DNA from: Gammaproteobacteria bacterium
Lineage (GTDB): Bacteria; Pseudomonadota; Gammaproteobacteria; CBDBNL01; JAAOII01
NCBI GenBank assembly: GCA_965209035.1
Contig: OZ242372.1
Span: 832,001-896,000 of the forward strand
Direction of reading: 5' to 3'
Length of the DNA stretch: 64,000 nucleotides
In this document: positions 1-10,339 of the stretch, in pieces
How the letters are laid out: the number at the start of each line of letters is the position of its first letter
How positions within the stretch are numbered: the stretch's first letter is position 1
Translations under genes and position numbers: made by a program
The notes under the pieces: generated by a model
Databases searched by the model: none
What the model saw: only the letters and a program-made list of their open reading frames with translations
What the model was told of the DNA's origin: nothing

Positions 1-2244
1 AACAACCGAAATTGTATAATTGCGCGCGTTATCCAAGTTCTCTACTGCGTATGCGGCCAACGCGTGCGAAGCACGCTCGGTTCGCTTAACAACACTTCCG
101 CGCGAACCCAAAGTCTGCCAGGTAATGTTAAACAATTCTGTTTCACCATGCGGATTTTGCCAACTCAATCGGATACTATTATTCGCCGGAATACCCGCAA
201 GATCGCGCACGGGCGCCGCAGCCGGAAAATACTGCACGGCACGCGCATTGGAAATACAATTCAAATACGGATAACGATGCGCCTCACCGGCACGCCAGGC
301 AATGTTAGCCGATTGGGCAATCGCATGACTCGCATCCGTCGTGAATATGCCGGCAGTCGCATCACACCAAGCATTACTCCAGTTCGAATAAATGCTACTG
401 CCGATTTGAGCGGTTTGTAATTCCTCACCGAATTGACCCAAACCACCGCCCGAACTCTCGCTTTGATTCGTCGTGCGATTATCCCAGTAAGAACCCCCAA
501 TTGTCGCGGCGTCCCCAACGCCAGCCAATCCGCCCACCAAACGAGTGCCACTTACCAAACCACCGGCAACATAAGACTGACGCACCCGCGCCCGCGGCGC
601 ATGACCCAACAAACCGCCAACCGCAACATCACCGCTAACGGACTCCCGCCGCGCATAAGTGGCAACAAAATCGGCAGCCGAACCATCACCGGCCAAACCC
701 CCTACCGCATAGTGACCCAACACCGCAGCACCGCTTGCAAAAGACGCGGCAACAGCCGACATACTGCCGTTACCTACCAGACCGCCAACAGCTCTTTCGC
801 CTCGCACCGGACCATCAAATGCAAACGAAGCAACCATGCCGGCCCCGCGCCCGTCACCAACCAAGCCGCCAACCCGATTCCTTCCGTTAATCAGAGTTAA
901 AGCGGAAAATGAAAAGTTAATCTGCGCATCCCGGCCATCGCCAATCAAACCGCCAACAGCATCCCCACCGCGCACCGAACCGGCAGCCGCGGATGCAAAG
1001 CGAACCGTCGCATTTTGTGCATCGCCCAACAAGCCGCCAACACCCACGGAACCCACGGCCCCAAATACGCTCCCTTGCACCGAAACATTGGCAACGAATG
1101 CCCCCCGAGCATAACCGGCAAAAATACCAACCGCCGACAAACCTTCGCGAATTTCGGCATCCGGCACCCGCAGATTTTTCAACTCACCCGAAACCGCACC
1201 AAACAAACCCACACCAATCTGTTGGACACCGGCATTTACGAACAAACCACTAAGCCGATGACCATTACCATCAAAAACAGCCGCATAAGGACTACAAGTA
1301 TCCGCAGACGAACAAAAACCAATCGGCACCCAGTCGCCACCACTCCAGCCGGCATAATTGGTAGCCGGATCCCGATAGGATGTCCTGTTTTTAAAATCCA
1401 AAGAACGCACCAATTCATAGCCAACGCAGCCCGCGGGCAGACAACCTTCGCTCCCCAAGGTCACCACATTATCCGCAGGACCATTAAAACGATTATCGTC
1501 CTCGCCATCCCCGTCAAGATCATCGCGCAACGATGCCAGATCTTCCAAAGTGTAAATCTCTATGAGAGCATTGCCGTCCCGATCACGGTCATCAATGTCC
1601 GTCACATTATCATCATCCGCATCACCGCAAGCATCGCCGAGCGCATCCGTCTCACTGTTAAAGTTCGCCTGATCCGGGTTGGATACCAACCGGCAGTTAT
1701 CATCCGCATCCGCAATTCCGTCACCATCCGCATCCGCAATTCCGTCATCATCCGCAATTCCGTCATCATCCGCATCCGTGTGATTGTCATCATTGTCATC
1801 CAAAGAATCCGGCAAACTGTCATTATCCGCATTCGAACCGGGCCGACGGATAATAGCAACGGAAGGATACGCTTGACCGTCCGAAGTCTGCAGCAATACG
1901 ACAATGGTGTAATTGAAAGCATTATCCAGATTAATGATGTTATAAGATGCCGACAGCTGAGATGAAATTTCGTCCGTCTTCATGGCAGAACTTGAGCCAC
2001 CGCCGCCCATTCCCTGCCAAGTGATATTAAAAAAGGCTATACGGCCGAACGGATTACGCCACATCAGTCGTATCGACTTGTCCGCGGGAATACCACTAAG
2101 ATTGGATACAGCTTCGCTGGCCGCCAACTGTTGTCGGATGCCGAATGTAGTACCTCGGTTACTCGCATTCTCGCAAGCGACGAGAAGTAAAACAAACACT
2201 AAGAGAGTAGGAAAAAACCCGCAGGCTTTTTTAATAATCATCAT
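1..2244 (-). CDS. Large surface lipoprotein with FN3-like, TSP3-like Asp-rich and GLUG-like modules; runs off the left edge
   Basis: Not in the ORF track because it runs off the window edge. Manual minus-strand translation of both ends from ATG 2244 gives MMIIKKACGFFPTLLVFVLLLVAC (lipobox), an FN3-like segment, DADDDGIADADDNC, IEIYTLEDLASLRDDLDGDG, GCVGYELVRSLDF, WSNAWCD..YPYLNC, then a second FN3-like unit. Motifs are shared with 33374..35611 and 50713..52740. Confidence 0.85.
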   Translation of the reverse strand, partial: MMIIKKACGFFPTLLVFVLLLVACENASNRGTTFGIRQQLAASEAVSNLSGIPADKSIRLMWRNPFGRIAFFNITWQGMGGGGSSSAMKTDEISSQLSASYNIINLDNAFNYTIVVLLQTSDGQAYPSVAIIRRPGSNADNDSLPDSLDDNDDNHTDADDDGIADDDGIADADGDGIADADDNCRLVSNPDQANFNSETDALGDACGDADDDNVTDIDDRDRDGNALIEIYTLEDLASLRDDLDGDGEDDNRFNGPADNVVTLGSEGCLPAGCVGYELVRSLDFKNRTSYRDPATNYAGWSGGDWVPIGFCSSADTCSPYAAVFDGNGHRLSGLFVNAGVQQIGVGLFGAVSGELKNLRVPDAEIREGLSAVGIFAGYARGAFVANVSVQGSVFGAVGSVGVGGLLGDAQNATVRFASAAAGSVRGGDAVGGLIGDGRDAQINFSFSALTLINGRNRVGGLVGDGRGAGMVASFAFDGPVRGERAVGGLVGNGSMSAVAASFASGAAVLGHYAVGGLAGDGSAADFVATYARRESVSGDVAVGGLLGHAPRARVRQSYVAGGLVSGTRLVGGLAGVGDAATIGGSYWDNRTTNQSESSGGGLGQFGEELQTAQIGSSIYSNWSNAWCDATAGIFTTDASHAIAQSANIAWRAGEAHRYPYLNCISNARAVQYFPAAAPVRDLAGIPANNSIRLSWQNPHGETELFNITWQTLGSRGSVVKRTERASHALAAYAVENLDNARNYTISVV

Positions 2245-2287
2245 GAGTATAGTTATATGATCACCGGACCTTCCTCTCTAATCTAAC

Positions 2288-3081
2288 TCAGAAGAGCAAT
2301 GACCACCTCCCGATGATCTTCTGATAAGTCAAGCACATCCCGCGCACATTCGCCGGCAAGCAACTGATCCGAGCCATCTTATCCGTCTCACAATTGCCCT
2401 CATTCAAACGAAATGTAAACTCGCTCAGATAGAGAGCCGGATGCTGCTTAGAAAAATGGTGAAACGTGCCATGATACCCGAGCTTCAACACCGCCTTAAC
2501 CGCACCCCCGCGCTCGCGCAGCCCAACCACCGCAACCTTCGTCTGCGCACTACGTCCCGGTACACCGGCTACGCGCTGATCGCGATGCTTATTCTTTTGC
2601 AAACCACCGATATAGGTCTTATCCGCCTCTACCAGACCGCTTAATAAACGACGACTTTGGTCACTCGCCGCCCGGATGCGATGACCTAAAAACCAAGCCG
2701 TCTTTTGGGTCCCTCCGGTTCCTTGGATAATTGTAACGACGAGATACTTTTGCGACTCGTCTGAATCAAATACATCGCATACAGCCGGGTCTTAAATGGC
2801 AGATGGGTATCTTCAAAAACCGTCCCAATCCGAACTGTAAAGTTCTTCCGACAATCCTTACACCGATAACCCGCCATACTCGCTGACACGACGACTAGCA
2901 CAATGAGGACACTGTGCACCTCCCGGCCATAACTCCTTCGCGACAAAGGCCGGACATTTTCCTCCGTTGAAAACATCTGAACGAGGTCAAACATCGAGAT
3001 CGTTTTTGCTAACCTTTTTTCTCTCATAACTCCATTATAACACCCAATATTGCCGGATGAGTTGACAAGTGTGTAATTCCC
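2288..3081 (-). mobile_element. IS1595-family (ISXO2-like) transposase pseudogene, frameshifted
   Basis: Fragments YRCKDCRKNFTVRIGTVFEDTHLP..ISSLQLSKE and AVVGLRERGG..GTFHHFSKQH..YLSEFTFRLN. Terminus-like GGGAATTACACACTTG at 3066-3081 (minus). Confidence 0.8.
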
Positions 3082-3265
3082 ATTTTTATTTGTTTAGAGT
3101 TTAAATGACAAATCTGTGAGAATACGAAACGATACGCGTAACACGAGCCTGCGGGTGGTGCCCCCCATCCGGGCCGGCGTCGATTGTGAGAGAAATTGTT
3201 TGAGCACACTTTTTTATACTAAAATTCAATCTCGCATAATCTCAGCAAGGTGTTGGATTCTAAGT

Positions 3266-3365
3266 TTGGTATAATTTCGAACACCCCTATCATGCTCACA
3301 AACAACTCTCGCCGATCCAATTCTGACAAAAACACGAAGAGTCCAAGACCGGATGGGATGATACA
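3266..3365 (+). mobile_element. IS481 3'-end remnant
   Basis: ttggtataat..aaacaactctcgccgatccaatt..gtcc..gggatgataca aligns to the 3' end of the transposase at 52786-52885. Confidence 0.75.
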
Positions 3366-3414
3366 AATCTTTACGGACACACAAAAAAGTGCTGTTACTA
3401 TCCCGTCCCGCAAG

Positions 3415-6400
3415 ATGAACGACTTTTTTATTATTGAAGGGAAGTCTCTAAACAATTCCCCCCGGCTTTCGCAACTACTCAAGAGACTTAAACAGTCGGA
3501 AGAAACGGAGTTCGTCTTGAATGCCCGGGAAATTTTCTTATCGCAGTTTGCAACATCCGCCTTATCACGAAAAAAATTGGCAAGTATCCCGGGCGCAGAC
3601 GAACAACTTTCAAAAAAACGAAACTCACCCATCCGAAGATTCTACGTCTTGCCGCGGCGCGGCACCCGATCTCCTTGGTCCAGCAAGACCGGCGATATAC
3701 TCAAAGATGTCCTTCTGCCGGATGCTCGCCCGACACATATTGAAAAAGGAGTTCTTTATGCAACGAACCTCCCGCCCTCTCTGTTCCGCCTTGTCCGACA
3801 AGAATTGTGTGACAAGATGACCCAAGAGATTTTCGAAGAAAAAGAATTGCCATCTTACTTTGCGGAGAGCGGGCAACGCAGTAAGCTGCTTTTTGCCGAA
3901 GCGCGCGAAATACGAATCCTGAAAAGAATGAATCTTGAACGGGGATGGGCACTCGATGAATCGGAACTTGTATATATTAACTGCCTTTACAAAAAACTCG
4001 ACAGGAAGGCGACCGAGGCCGAACTGACTGTGTTTGCCCAGTTAAACTCGGAGCATTGTCGCCATAAAATTTTTAATGCCTCCCTGATGACGGAGAAAAA
4101 AGAGCGTCTCACCGGACTCTTTGAAATGATCCAACAAACTTCCAAGGCAGCTCTCGCGTCGCATGACATTTTGTCCGCTTATAAGGACAATGCCACTGTT
4201 TTCTCTCGGCGGACTTCCTCGCATTTTTTTGCCCCCGGCCGCACTTATGGTTACCAAAAGAAGGTGCGACATTTAATACTTAAGGCCGAAACCCACAATC
4301 ATCCCACATTTGTTTCTCCCTATCCGGGGGCGGCTACGGGAGTGGGCGGTGAGATTCGCGACGAACTGGCAAGCGGGCGAGGCGGGGAAACGAAAGCGGG
4401 ATTTACGGGGTATGCGGTTTCCGATCTGTTGCTGCCCGAAATGCAATTACCTTGGGAACAAAATTTTGGCAAAAATAATCGCAATGCCGACAGCAAACAG
4501 GTGATGCTACGGGCACCAATGGGAGGAACCAACTATGGCAATGAGTTTGGCAGACCCGGACTGGCGGGATTTTTTCGCACACTTTCCTGTGAAAAAGACG
4601 GCATCCGTTACGGCTACCACAAACCTATCATGCTTGCCGGTGGTTGGGGAGAAATTCATACAAAACAAGTGCACAAAATAACCGACCTGCCCGCTGCCGG
4701 CGGCACTCGTCTTATGTTATTGGGCGAGCCGGCTCTGCGGATTGGGCTGGGCGGCAGTGCTATGTCTTCGCAATCTTCGTCTCACGCGGAAAGCAAACAC
4801 GAACTGGACTTTGCCTCGGTGCAGAGAGATAACGCCGAGATGGAAAGACGCTGCGCCGATGTTATCGTAACTTGCGCCCAACTCGGCACCAAAAACCCGA
4901 TTCTGTTTGTGCATGATCTGGGTGCCGGCGGACTGGGCAACGCTCTGGCCGAGTTACTTAAGGACTGCGATTGCGGCGGGGTCATTAATATGAACAACAT
5001 CCCCGTTGCCGACAACACGATGTCGCCGACCGAAGTTCTCGTCAACGAATCCCAAGAACGGTTTTTGTTGGCCGTAGATGCCAAAAAGTTAAAAACTTTC
5101 AAAGAAATCTGCCGAAGAGAAAATGTCCGTTACGCCGATATCGGTACAACAAACCGCTCAAAGAAGATCTGTGTCAGAACCGATGACAACACAGCCGCCA
5201 TCGATCTGCCGGTAGCCGCTCTTTTTCCCAAACAAAAAAAATCCGTCACCGTCGCCGCGGAACGAGTTCAACACAAAACCGAAAAAGAAATCTTGCCCCC
5301 CAAGACAGACCTGAAAAAACATGCGACCGATGTTCTGCGTTTACCCTCCGTAGCATGCAAATCTTTTCTCATCACCATCGGCGACAGATCTGTCGGCGGG
5401 TTAACTGTGCGCGAGCAGATGATTGGTCGCCGCCAAATACCGGTCGGCGACTACGCCGCCACCCTGTCGGATTATCGCGGCCATAGCGGCGAGGTTTTTG
5501 CTCTGGGCGAGCGCATGCCGGTCGCCGTCGTCGATGCGGAAGCATCCGTTTCCCTGGCATTGGGCGAAGTGATTTCCAATCTGGCGGCAAGCGGTGTCCA
5601 AAACATACGCGACATCAAACTTTGTGCCAACTGGATGGCGGCCGTCAACGCGGACGGGCAGATGTCCGCGTTACAAAAAGCCGTCCGGCATCTCACACAG
5701 GATCTGTGCATACGATTGGGGATGGCAATACCCGTGGGAAAAGATTCGCTGTTTATGCGCGCGTCACTTCACAAGAACAACAAACAAACCGAAACCATTG
5801 CGCCCGTATCCTTGGTGCTTGCCGGATTGGCACCGGTCAAGGATCTGCGGCTCGGACGCACCCCCGAGCCGGCGACCGCCGGGGACATTTGGTGGATACA
5901 CCCGCACCGCGAACATGAGATCCGTTTGGGAGGATCCGCATTGACTCATATTACAAACGCCCGATCTGTTAAGCCCCCCGTCCTATCGGCCGAGCAGATT
6001 GGCACTTTTTTTAACGGAGTCAGTGCGGCAGTCCGCATGGGGAAAATTTTAGCCTACCACGATCTGTCAGACGGCGGTCTCTGGACAACAGTTTGCGAAA
6101 TGGCATTTGCGGGTAATCGCGGTCTTAACCTAAACCTGGATGCCACCCGGCCGGAGGACATCCGACGGGTTCTCTTCGGCGAAGAGATCGGCGCGGTCAT
6201 TCAGGTCGCGCAAGAGGACGAAGAGTTTGTTCAAAAACTGACGGAACAGCATCGTCTTAGGATGGTGCGCCTCGGCAGTTTCTCCGACGAGGATTGGATT
6301 TCGGTCCGTCGTTCGGACGGAGTTTGCCTGGAAGAGAAAATGACGACATTACGCGGTATCTGGGGAGAAGTCAGTTGGCGAATGAGCCGGCGCAGAGATC

Positions 6401-7308
6401 ACCCGGACTGTGCCGACGCCGAACACCGGCATCTTTGCTCCTTTAAAGCGGGCGGACTGTTTGAAAAACCTGTTTTTGATTCGCACAAACTCACCCCCGT
6501 TGTGTCTGCCGGAACGCGACCGCGCGTGGCAATTTTGCGTTGCCAAGGGACAAACGGGGCGCGCGAAATGGCGGCGGCATTTGATGCGGCCGGATTTGAG
6601 GCAACAGATGTCGCCATGCAAGATTTTAAAACAGCCGAACGGACTATTAACATGCAAGACTTTAAAGGGGTGGCATTTTGCGGAGGCTTCAGTTACGGTG
6701 ATGCCTTGGGCGCGGGCGCGGGTTGGGCGACAGTGATTATGCAAGACAACCGATTGCGTGATCTGTTCGCCGAGTTCTTCGCCCGAACGGATACCTTCGC
6801 CCTGGGCGTATGCAACGGATGCCAGGTATTGGCAAGAATCTCCGAACTGATCCCGGATGCCGACTGGGATTGCCGCTTTCTTCCCAACAGGTCGCAACGC
6901 TACGAGGCGCGCACCGTCATGACACGGATCTGCGATTCGCCAAGCATCTTCTACCGCGGCATGGCGGGGAGTTTGCTGCCGATTGTTTCCGCACATGCCG
7001 AAGGCAGAACCGCTTTTGGCAAAAAGGAAACCGCCAAACGAATGGAGCGGGAAAACAAGGTGGCGATGGTATATGCGGACGATATCGGTCGGGCAACCAT
7101 GACCTACCCGTTAAATCCAAGCGGTGCGGAAAATGCGATTGCCGCCCTGACTTCCGCAAGCGGCAGGGTGACCATCACGATGCCACATCCGGAACGCATA
7201 TTTAGAGGTCTTACCCAAACTTGGAAACACCCTGCGGGCAATACCGAAGCGACCGAATACAGTCCATGGCTGGCAATGTTTTGCAACGCACGCAACTGGG
7301 TTAATTAA
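3415..7308 (+). CDS. purL: Phosphoribosylformylglycinamidine synthase (large, fused type)
   Basis: NSEHCRHKIFNA, KAETHNHP, GGEIRDE, GGFSYGD, GVCNGCQ, MPHPER. Start moved to ATG 3415 because the upstream in-frame part is IS481 remnant. Confidence 0.97.
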   Translation: MNDFFIIEGKSLNNSPRLSQLLKRLKQSEETEFVLNAREIFLSQFATSALSRKKLASIPGADEQLSKKRNSPIRRFYVLPRRGTRSPWSSKTGDILKDVLLPDARPTHIEKGVLYATNLPPSLFRLVRQELCDKMTQEIFEEKELPSYFAESGQRSKLLFAEAREIRILKRMNLERGWALDESELVYINCLYKKLDRKATEAELTVFAQLNSEHCRHKIFNASLMTEKKERLTGLFEMIQQTSKAALASHDILSAYKDNATVFSRRTSSHFFAPGRTYGYQKKVRHLILKAETHNHPTFVSPYPGAATGVGGEIRDELASGRGGETKAGFTGYAVSDLLLPEMQLPWEQNFGKNNRNADSKQVMLRAPMGGTNYGNEFGRPGLAGFFRTLSCEKDGIRYGYHKPIMLAGGWGEIHTKQVHKITDLPAAGGTRLMLLGEPALRIGLGGSAMSSQSSSHAESKHELDFASVQRDNAEMERRCADVIVTCAQLGTKNPILFVHDLGAGGLGNALAELLKDCDCGGVINMNNIPVADNTMSPTEVLVNESQERFLLAVDAKKLKTFKEICRRENVRYADIGTTNRSKKICVRTDDNTAAIDLPVAALFPKQKKSVTVAAERVQHKTEKEILPPKTDLKKHATDVLRLPSVACKSFLITIGDRSVGGLTVREQMIGRRQIPVGDYAATLSDYRGHSGEVFALGERMPVAVVDAEASVSLALGEVISNLAASGVQNIRDIKLCANWMAAVNADGQMSALQKAVRHLTQDLCIRLGMAIPVGKDSLFMRASLHKNNKQTETIAPVSLVLAGLAPVKDLRLGRTPEPATAGDIWWIHPHREHEIRLGGSALTHITNARSVKPPVLSAEQIGTFFNGVSAAVRMGKILAYHDLSDGGLWTTVCEMAFAGNRGLNLNLDATRPEDIRRVLFGEEIGAVIQVAQEDEEFVQKLTEQHRLRMVRLGSFSDEDWISVRRSDGVCLEEKMTTLRGIWGEVSWRMSRRRDHPDCADAEHRHLCSFKAGGLFEKPVFDSHKLTPVVSAGTRPRVAILRCQGTNGAREMAAAFDAAGFEATDVAMQDFKTAERTINMQDFKGVAFCGGFSYGDALGAGAGWATVIMQDNRLRDLFAEFFARTDTFALGVCNGCQVLARISELIPDADWDCRFLPNRSQRYEARTVMTRICDSPSIFYRGMAGSLLPIVSAHAEGRTAFGKKETAKRMERENKVAMVYADDIGRATMTYPLNPSGAENAIAALTSASGRVTITMPHPERIFRGLTQTWKHPAGNTEATEYSPWLAMFCNARNWVN

Positions 7309-7332
7309 GGAAACGACTTTTACTTTTTTGCA

Positions 7333-8148
7333 ATGAGCTCCCTTACAACCCGAAGAGAATTCTTTCTGTTTTCCGGCTTTCTGGCAGCTATGTTCTTTCT
7401 TTTCGTTGCCGTAGGGGCCACACAAACCAACCGGGAGATCTTTCTCATCACCAACCGCCTTGCTTCCGCCCTGCCGTCCGGGGTTTGGGCGCATCTGAGT
7501 CTCCTCGCCGATGCGACCGCGGCCATAGCTGTTCTGAGTTTGTTTGTCTTTAAATACCCTAACTTTGCGGTTATTTCAATTTGGGGAGGGGCTCTGTTGG
7601 GAATTTTTGGACAGATCATCAAGAGGACAGCGGATATCAAACGCCCGGCGGCAATCTTGCCCGACACGGATTTTCAAATCATTGGTGATCCCTTGTTTGC
7701 GCATGCTTTTCCTTCGGGACATTCTTTGACCGCACTTCTGTTTGCATCCTGTGTGATTTTTTATTTTCGCCCCCGACTCGCATTTTCCGTTGCAATTGCG
7801 ACAGCCGGTATGCTGATTGCAAGTTCGCGCATCGCGGTTGGAGCACACTGGCCGCTGGATGTCCTTGCCGGCGGTATGATCGGCTGGACGGGCGGTTACT
7901 TATTGATGACTCTCCTGCGTCAAAAAGAATTTGGAATATTTGCCAAAGGAATCACGCTGGCCCTTTGCTGCGCCGCTGTTCTAATTCTTCCGTTTACGGA
8001 CACCAACCTGCCGCAAACCGGGTTCTTTGTTTACATCGCTTCCGCCTTATTAGGTATCTCGGCTTTCTTCAAGATCTGCAAGATCTGTGCCACTTGGCGG
8101 CGAAAACAAAAAATGAACCGGAAAAAAACGCCGCAACCGCCAAAATAA
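7333..8148 (+). CDS. PAP2-family membrane phosphatase
   Basis: K..RP, FPSGHS, SRIAVGAHWPLDV motifs; hydrophobic helices. Confidence 0.88.
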   Translation: MSSLTTRREFFLFSGFLAAMFFLFVAVGATQTNREIFLITNRLASALPSGVWAHLSLLADATAAIAVLSLFVFKYPNFAVISIWGGALLGIFGQIIKRTADIKRPAAILPDTDFQIIGDPLFAHAFPSGHSLTALLFASCVIFYFRPRLAFSVAIATAGMLIASSRIAVGAHWPLDVLAGGMIGWTGGYLLMTLLRQKEFGIFAKGITLALCCAAVLILPFTDTNLPQTGFFVYIASALLGISAFFKICKICATWRRKQKMNRKKTPQPPK

Positions 8149-8295
8149 GATCGTCGCCGCCACGCGCGATATCCGGCACGGAAGTTGCATAATAAATACT
8201 CGATAAATACTTGGTGGGGCGACAGCAAAAGCCTGTTTAATGCGATGTCGGTTGTTTGAGTTGTGTTTGGGTTGTGTTTAATTGGGGCAAGAAAT

Positions 8296-8368
8296 TGGGC
8301 CCGGTAGGATTTGAACCTACGACCAAAAGATTATGAGTCTTCTGCTCTAACCCCTGAGCTACAGGCCC
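8296..8368 (-). tRNA. ileX: tRNA-Ile2 (CAT anticodon, lysidine type); CCA not encoded
   Basis: GGGCCTGTAGCTCAGGGGTTAGAGCAGAAGACTCATAATCTTTTGGTCGTAGGTTCAAATCCTACCGGGCCCA forms a cloverleaf; position after rpoD is as for ileX. Confidence 0.9.
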
Positions 8369-10272
8369 TTCTCGGATTCGGCCTCCTTCTCCTTCTCCTT
8401 CTCCTTAACCAAACCCAGTAATTCCCGCCATTGGTCGACATTTTCGTTCGCCTTTAACTTACGCAAGGCGCGTTGTTCCGCTTGGCGCACCTGGGCTTTG
8501 GTTAAATTAAGGCGCGTGCCGATTTCTTCCGGACTATATTCACGCAACTCGCCTATGCCGAAACGCATTTGCAAAATTTCCGCGTCCAGGCGCGGCAAAT
8601 TTTGCAACATTTTCAACACATTTTGGGAGACATTGACTTTGAATGCTTCGTCATAAGGAGACACGGCATTTGTATCTTCGATAAAATCCTTCAAACTCAC
8701 ATCTTCCTCTTCACCGAGTGATGTCTCAGTGGAAATAGTTTCCTTGCCAATTTTGAGCATACGTTGAATCTTCTCCTCCGGCAATTCCATCGCATCCGCC
8801 AGTTCGTCGGTCTGCACCTCACGGCCGTGTTTTTGCATCATTGACCGTTGCGTCTTGCTAAGACGGTTCATGCTCTCTATCATATGAACCGGTATGCGAA
8901 TGGTGCGCGCCTGATCCGCAATAGAACGGGTGACTGCCTGCCTCACCCACCAGGTTGCATAGGTGGAAAACTTAAAGCCGCGCTTATATTCAAACTTGTC
9001 CACCGCCTTCATTAGTCCCATATTCCCTTCCTGAATCAAATCCAGCAGTTGCAAACCGCGATTGGCATATTTTTTTGCAATAGAGATCACCAATCTTAAA
9101 TTGGCCTCCACCATACGCCTCTTGGCAAGCTTGGCCTCGATATCGCATCGCTTGATATTTTTTGCCAAATCCGCTATCTTTTCAAAAGACAAGCCGTGGA
9201 GTTCGCGGTTCTCTCTTAGAACCTTAACCGCTTTCAAAATCTTGGGCATCCGGTTCTTAATAACACGCCCCTTGTCATCCCGACGCGCGACAAGACTGTG
9301 ATAGTATTCTTCCTCAAAAAGATGCTTTTCTATGGTCGCCGCCCGGTAACCCGCCTCTTTGACAGCGAACTTATAAATTGTTGATTTGGCGGCAATAATA
9401 TCCGAATTCACTCCCAGCACATATTCAACCAGATGATCATAATACTGCGGCTGCAGTTTCATCAACGAAAATTGTTTGCTGAGATTTCTTTGTTTTGCCT
9501 GCGTTTTCTTATCGCCTCTTCCGTGCTTCTCGATGGATTTGTGAACACTCGTAAGTGCACGGTGCAACTCCTCAATCCAGCCGTCCATCTCTTTTCGCAG
9601 TTTGGTCATGCGCTCGCTAATATTACTGCGTTTTTTTCTTTGAGTGGCGCCCGTATTAATACTTTGTTTGACCTTGGCGATTTGTCTTTCCATGTCCACC
9701 TCACCTTCCATATACAACGCAACGCACACCTCGTTGACCTTGTTCTTTTCCCGGCGTGCTATAAGATGAGACACAATAATCTGTTGGACTGCCGGATGAA
9801 ACAGAGAAACATTGCGCATCACTTTCCGCATATTGTTTTCAATCGATCTTGCCAACTGAATTTCCACACTGCGCTCCAAAAGTTTATGGCTACCCATCTG
9901 ACGCATATACATCTTAATTGGAACCTTAAATAAATTCCGCATTCCCGCTTCGCCGACCCCGGATAACAGGATACGCCCGTCATCCCCGCTATAGTCGCCG
10001 TCTCGATCGGCCGGTGCGTTCGGATCTCTTCCCGCTGCAAAAGAGCTTTCATCGTCCCTGGCATCTCCGTAGGCGGAGGAATTTCCTTCCACTACTTCTA
10101 TCCCCTTTTTTTCGATGAGCACCATAATATTTGGCAGCTCATCAATCGCATCCGGGGTGTCTTCCAAACATTCGCTGATCTCCTCGTAGGTTAATGAACC
10201 TCCTTTCTTGCCTTTCTTAATCAGGCGTTCCAATTTTGTCTTATTGACAGACTCTTTGCAATAGTCGCTCAT
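8359..10272 (-). CDS. rpoD: RNA polymerase primary sigma factor sigma70
   Basis: [60 protein letters not shown]; region 1.1 present; downstream of dnaG. Confidence 0.95.
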   Translation of the reverse strand: MSDYCKESVNKTKLERLIKKGKKGGSLTYEEISECLEDTPDAIDELPNIMVLIEKKGIEVVEGNSSAYGDARDDESSFAAGRDPNAPADRDGDYSGDDGRILLSGVGEAGMRNLFKVPIKMYMRQMGSHKLLERSVEIQLARSIENNMRKVMRNVSLFHPAVQQIIVSHLIARREKNKVNEVCVALYMEGEVDMERQIAKVKQSINTGATQRKKRSNISERMTKLRKEMDGWIEELHRALTSVHKSIEKHGRGDKKTQAKQRNLSKQFSLMKLQPQYYDHLVEYVLGVNSDIIAAKSTIYKFAVKEAGYRAATIEKHLFEEEYYHSLVARRDDKGRVIKNRMPKILKAVKVLRENRELHGLSFEKIADLAKNIKRCDIEAKLAKRRMVEANLRLVISIAKKYANRGLQLLDLIQEGNMGLMKAVDKFEYKRGFKFSTYATWWVRQAVTRSIADQARTIRIPVHMIESMNRLSKTQRSMMQKHGREVQTDELADAMELPEEKIQRMLKIGKETISTETSLGEEEDVSLKDFIEDTNAVSPYDEAFKVNVSQNVLKMLQNLPRLDAEILQMRFGIGELREYSPEEIGTRLNLTKAQVRQAEQRALRKLKANENVDQWRELLGLVKEKEKEKEAESEKGL

Positions 10273-10339
10273 TTTTCTATCTTTCTTACCGAGAAATAAT
10301 AATCAATACTTTTAATAATATGCATGCATTTTATAAACA

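Noticed and set aside
64-1965. Plus-strand ORFs such as 1015..1965 (also 51436..52494 and 48182..49357)
   Set aside because: Antisense shadows of minus-strand genes
3250-3414. N-terminal extension of PurL
   Set aside because: The in-frame upstream sequence is an IS481 end remnant
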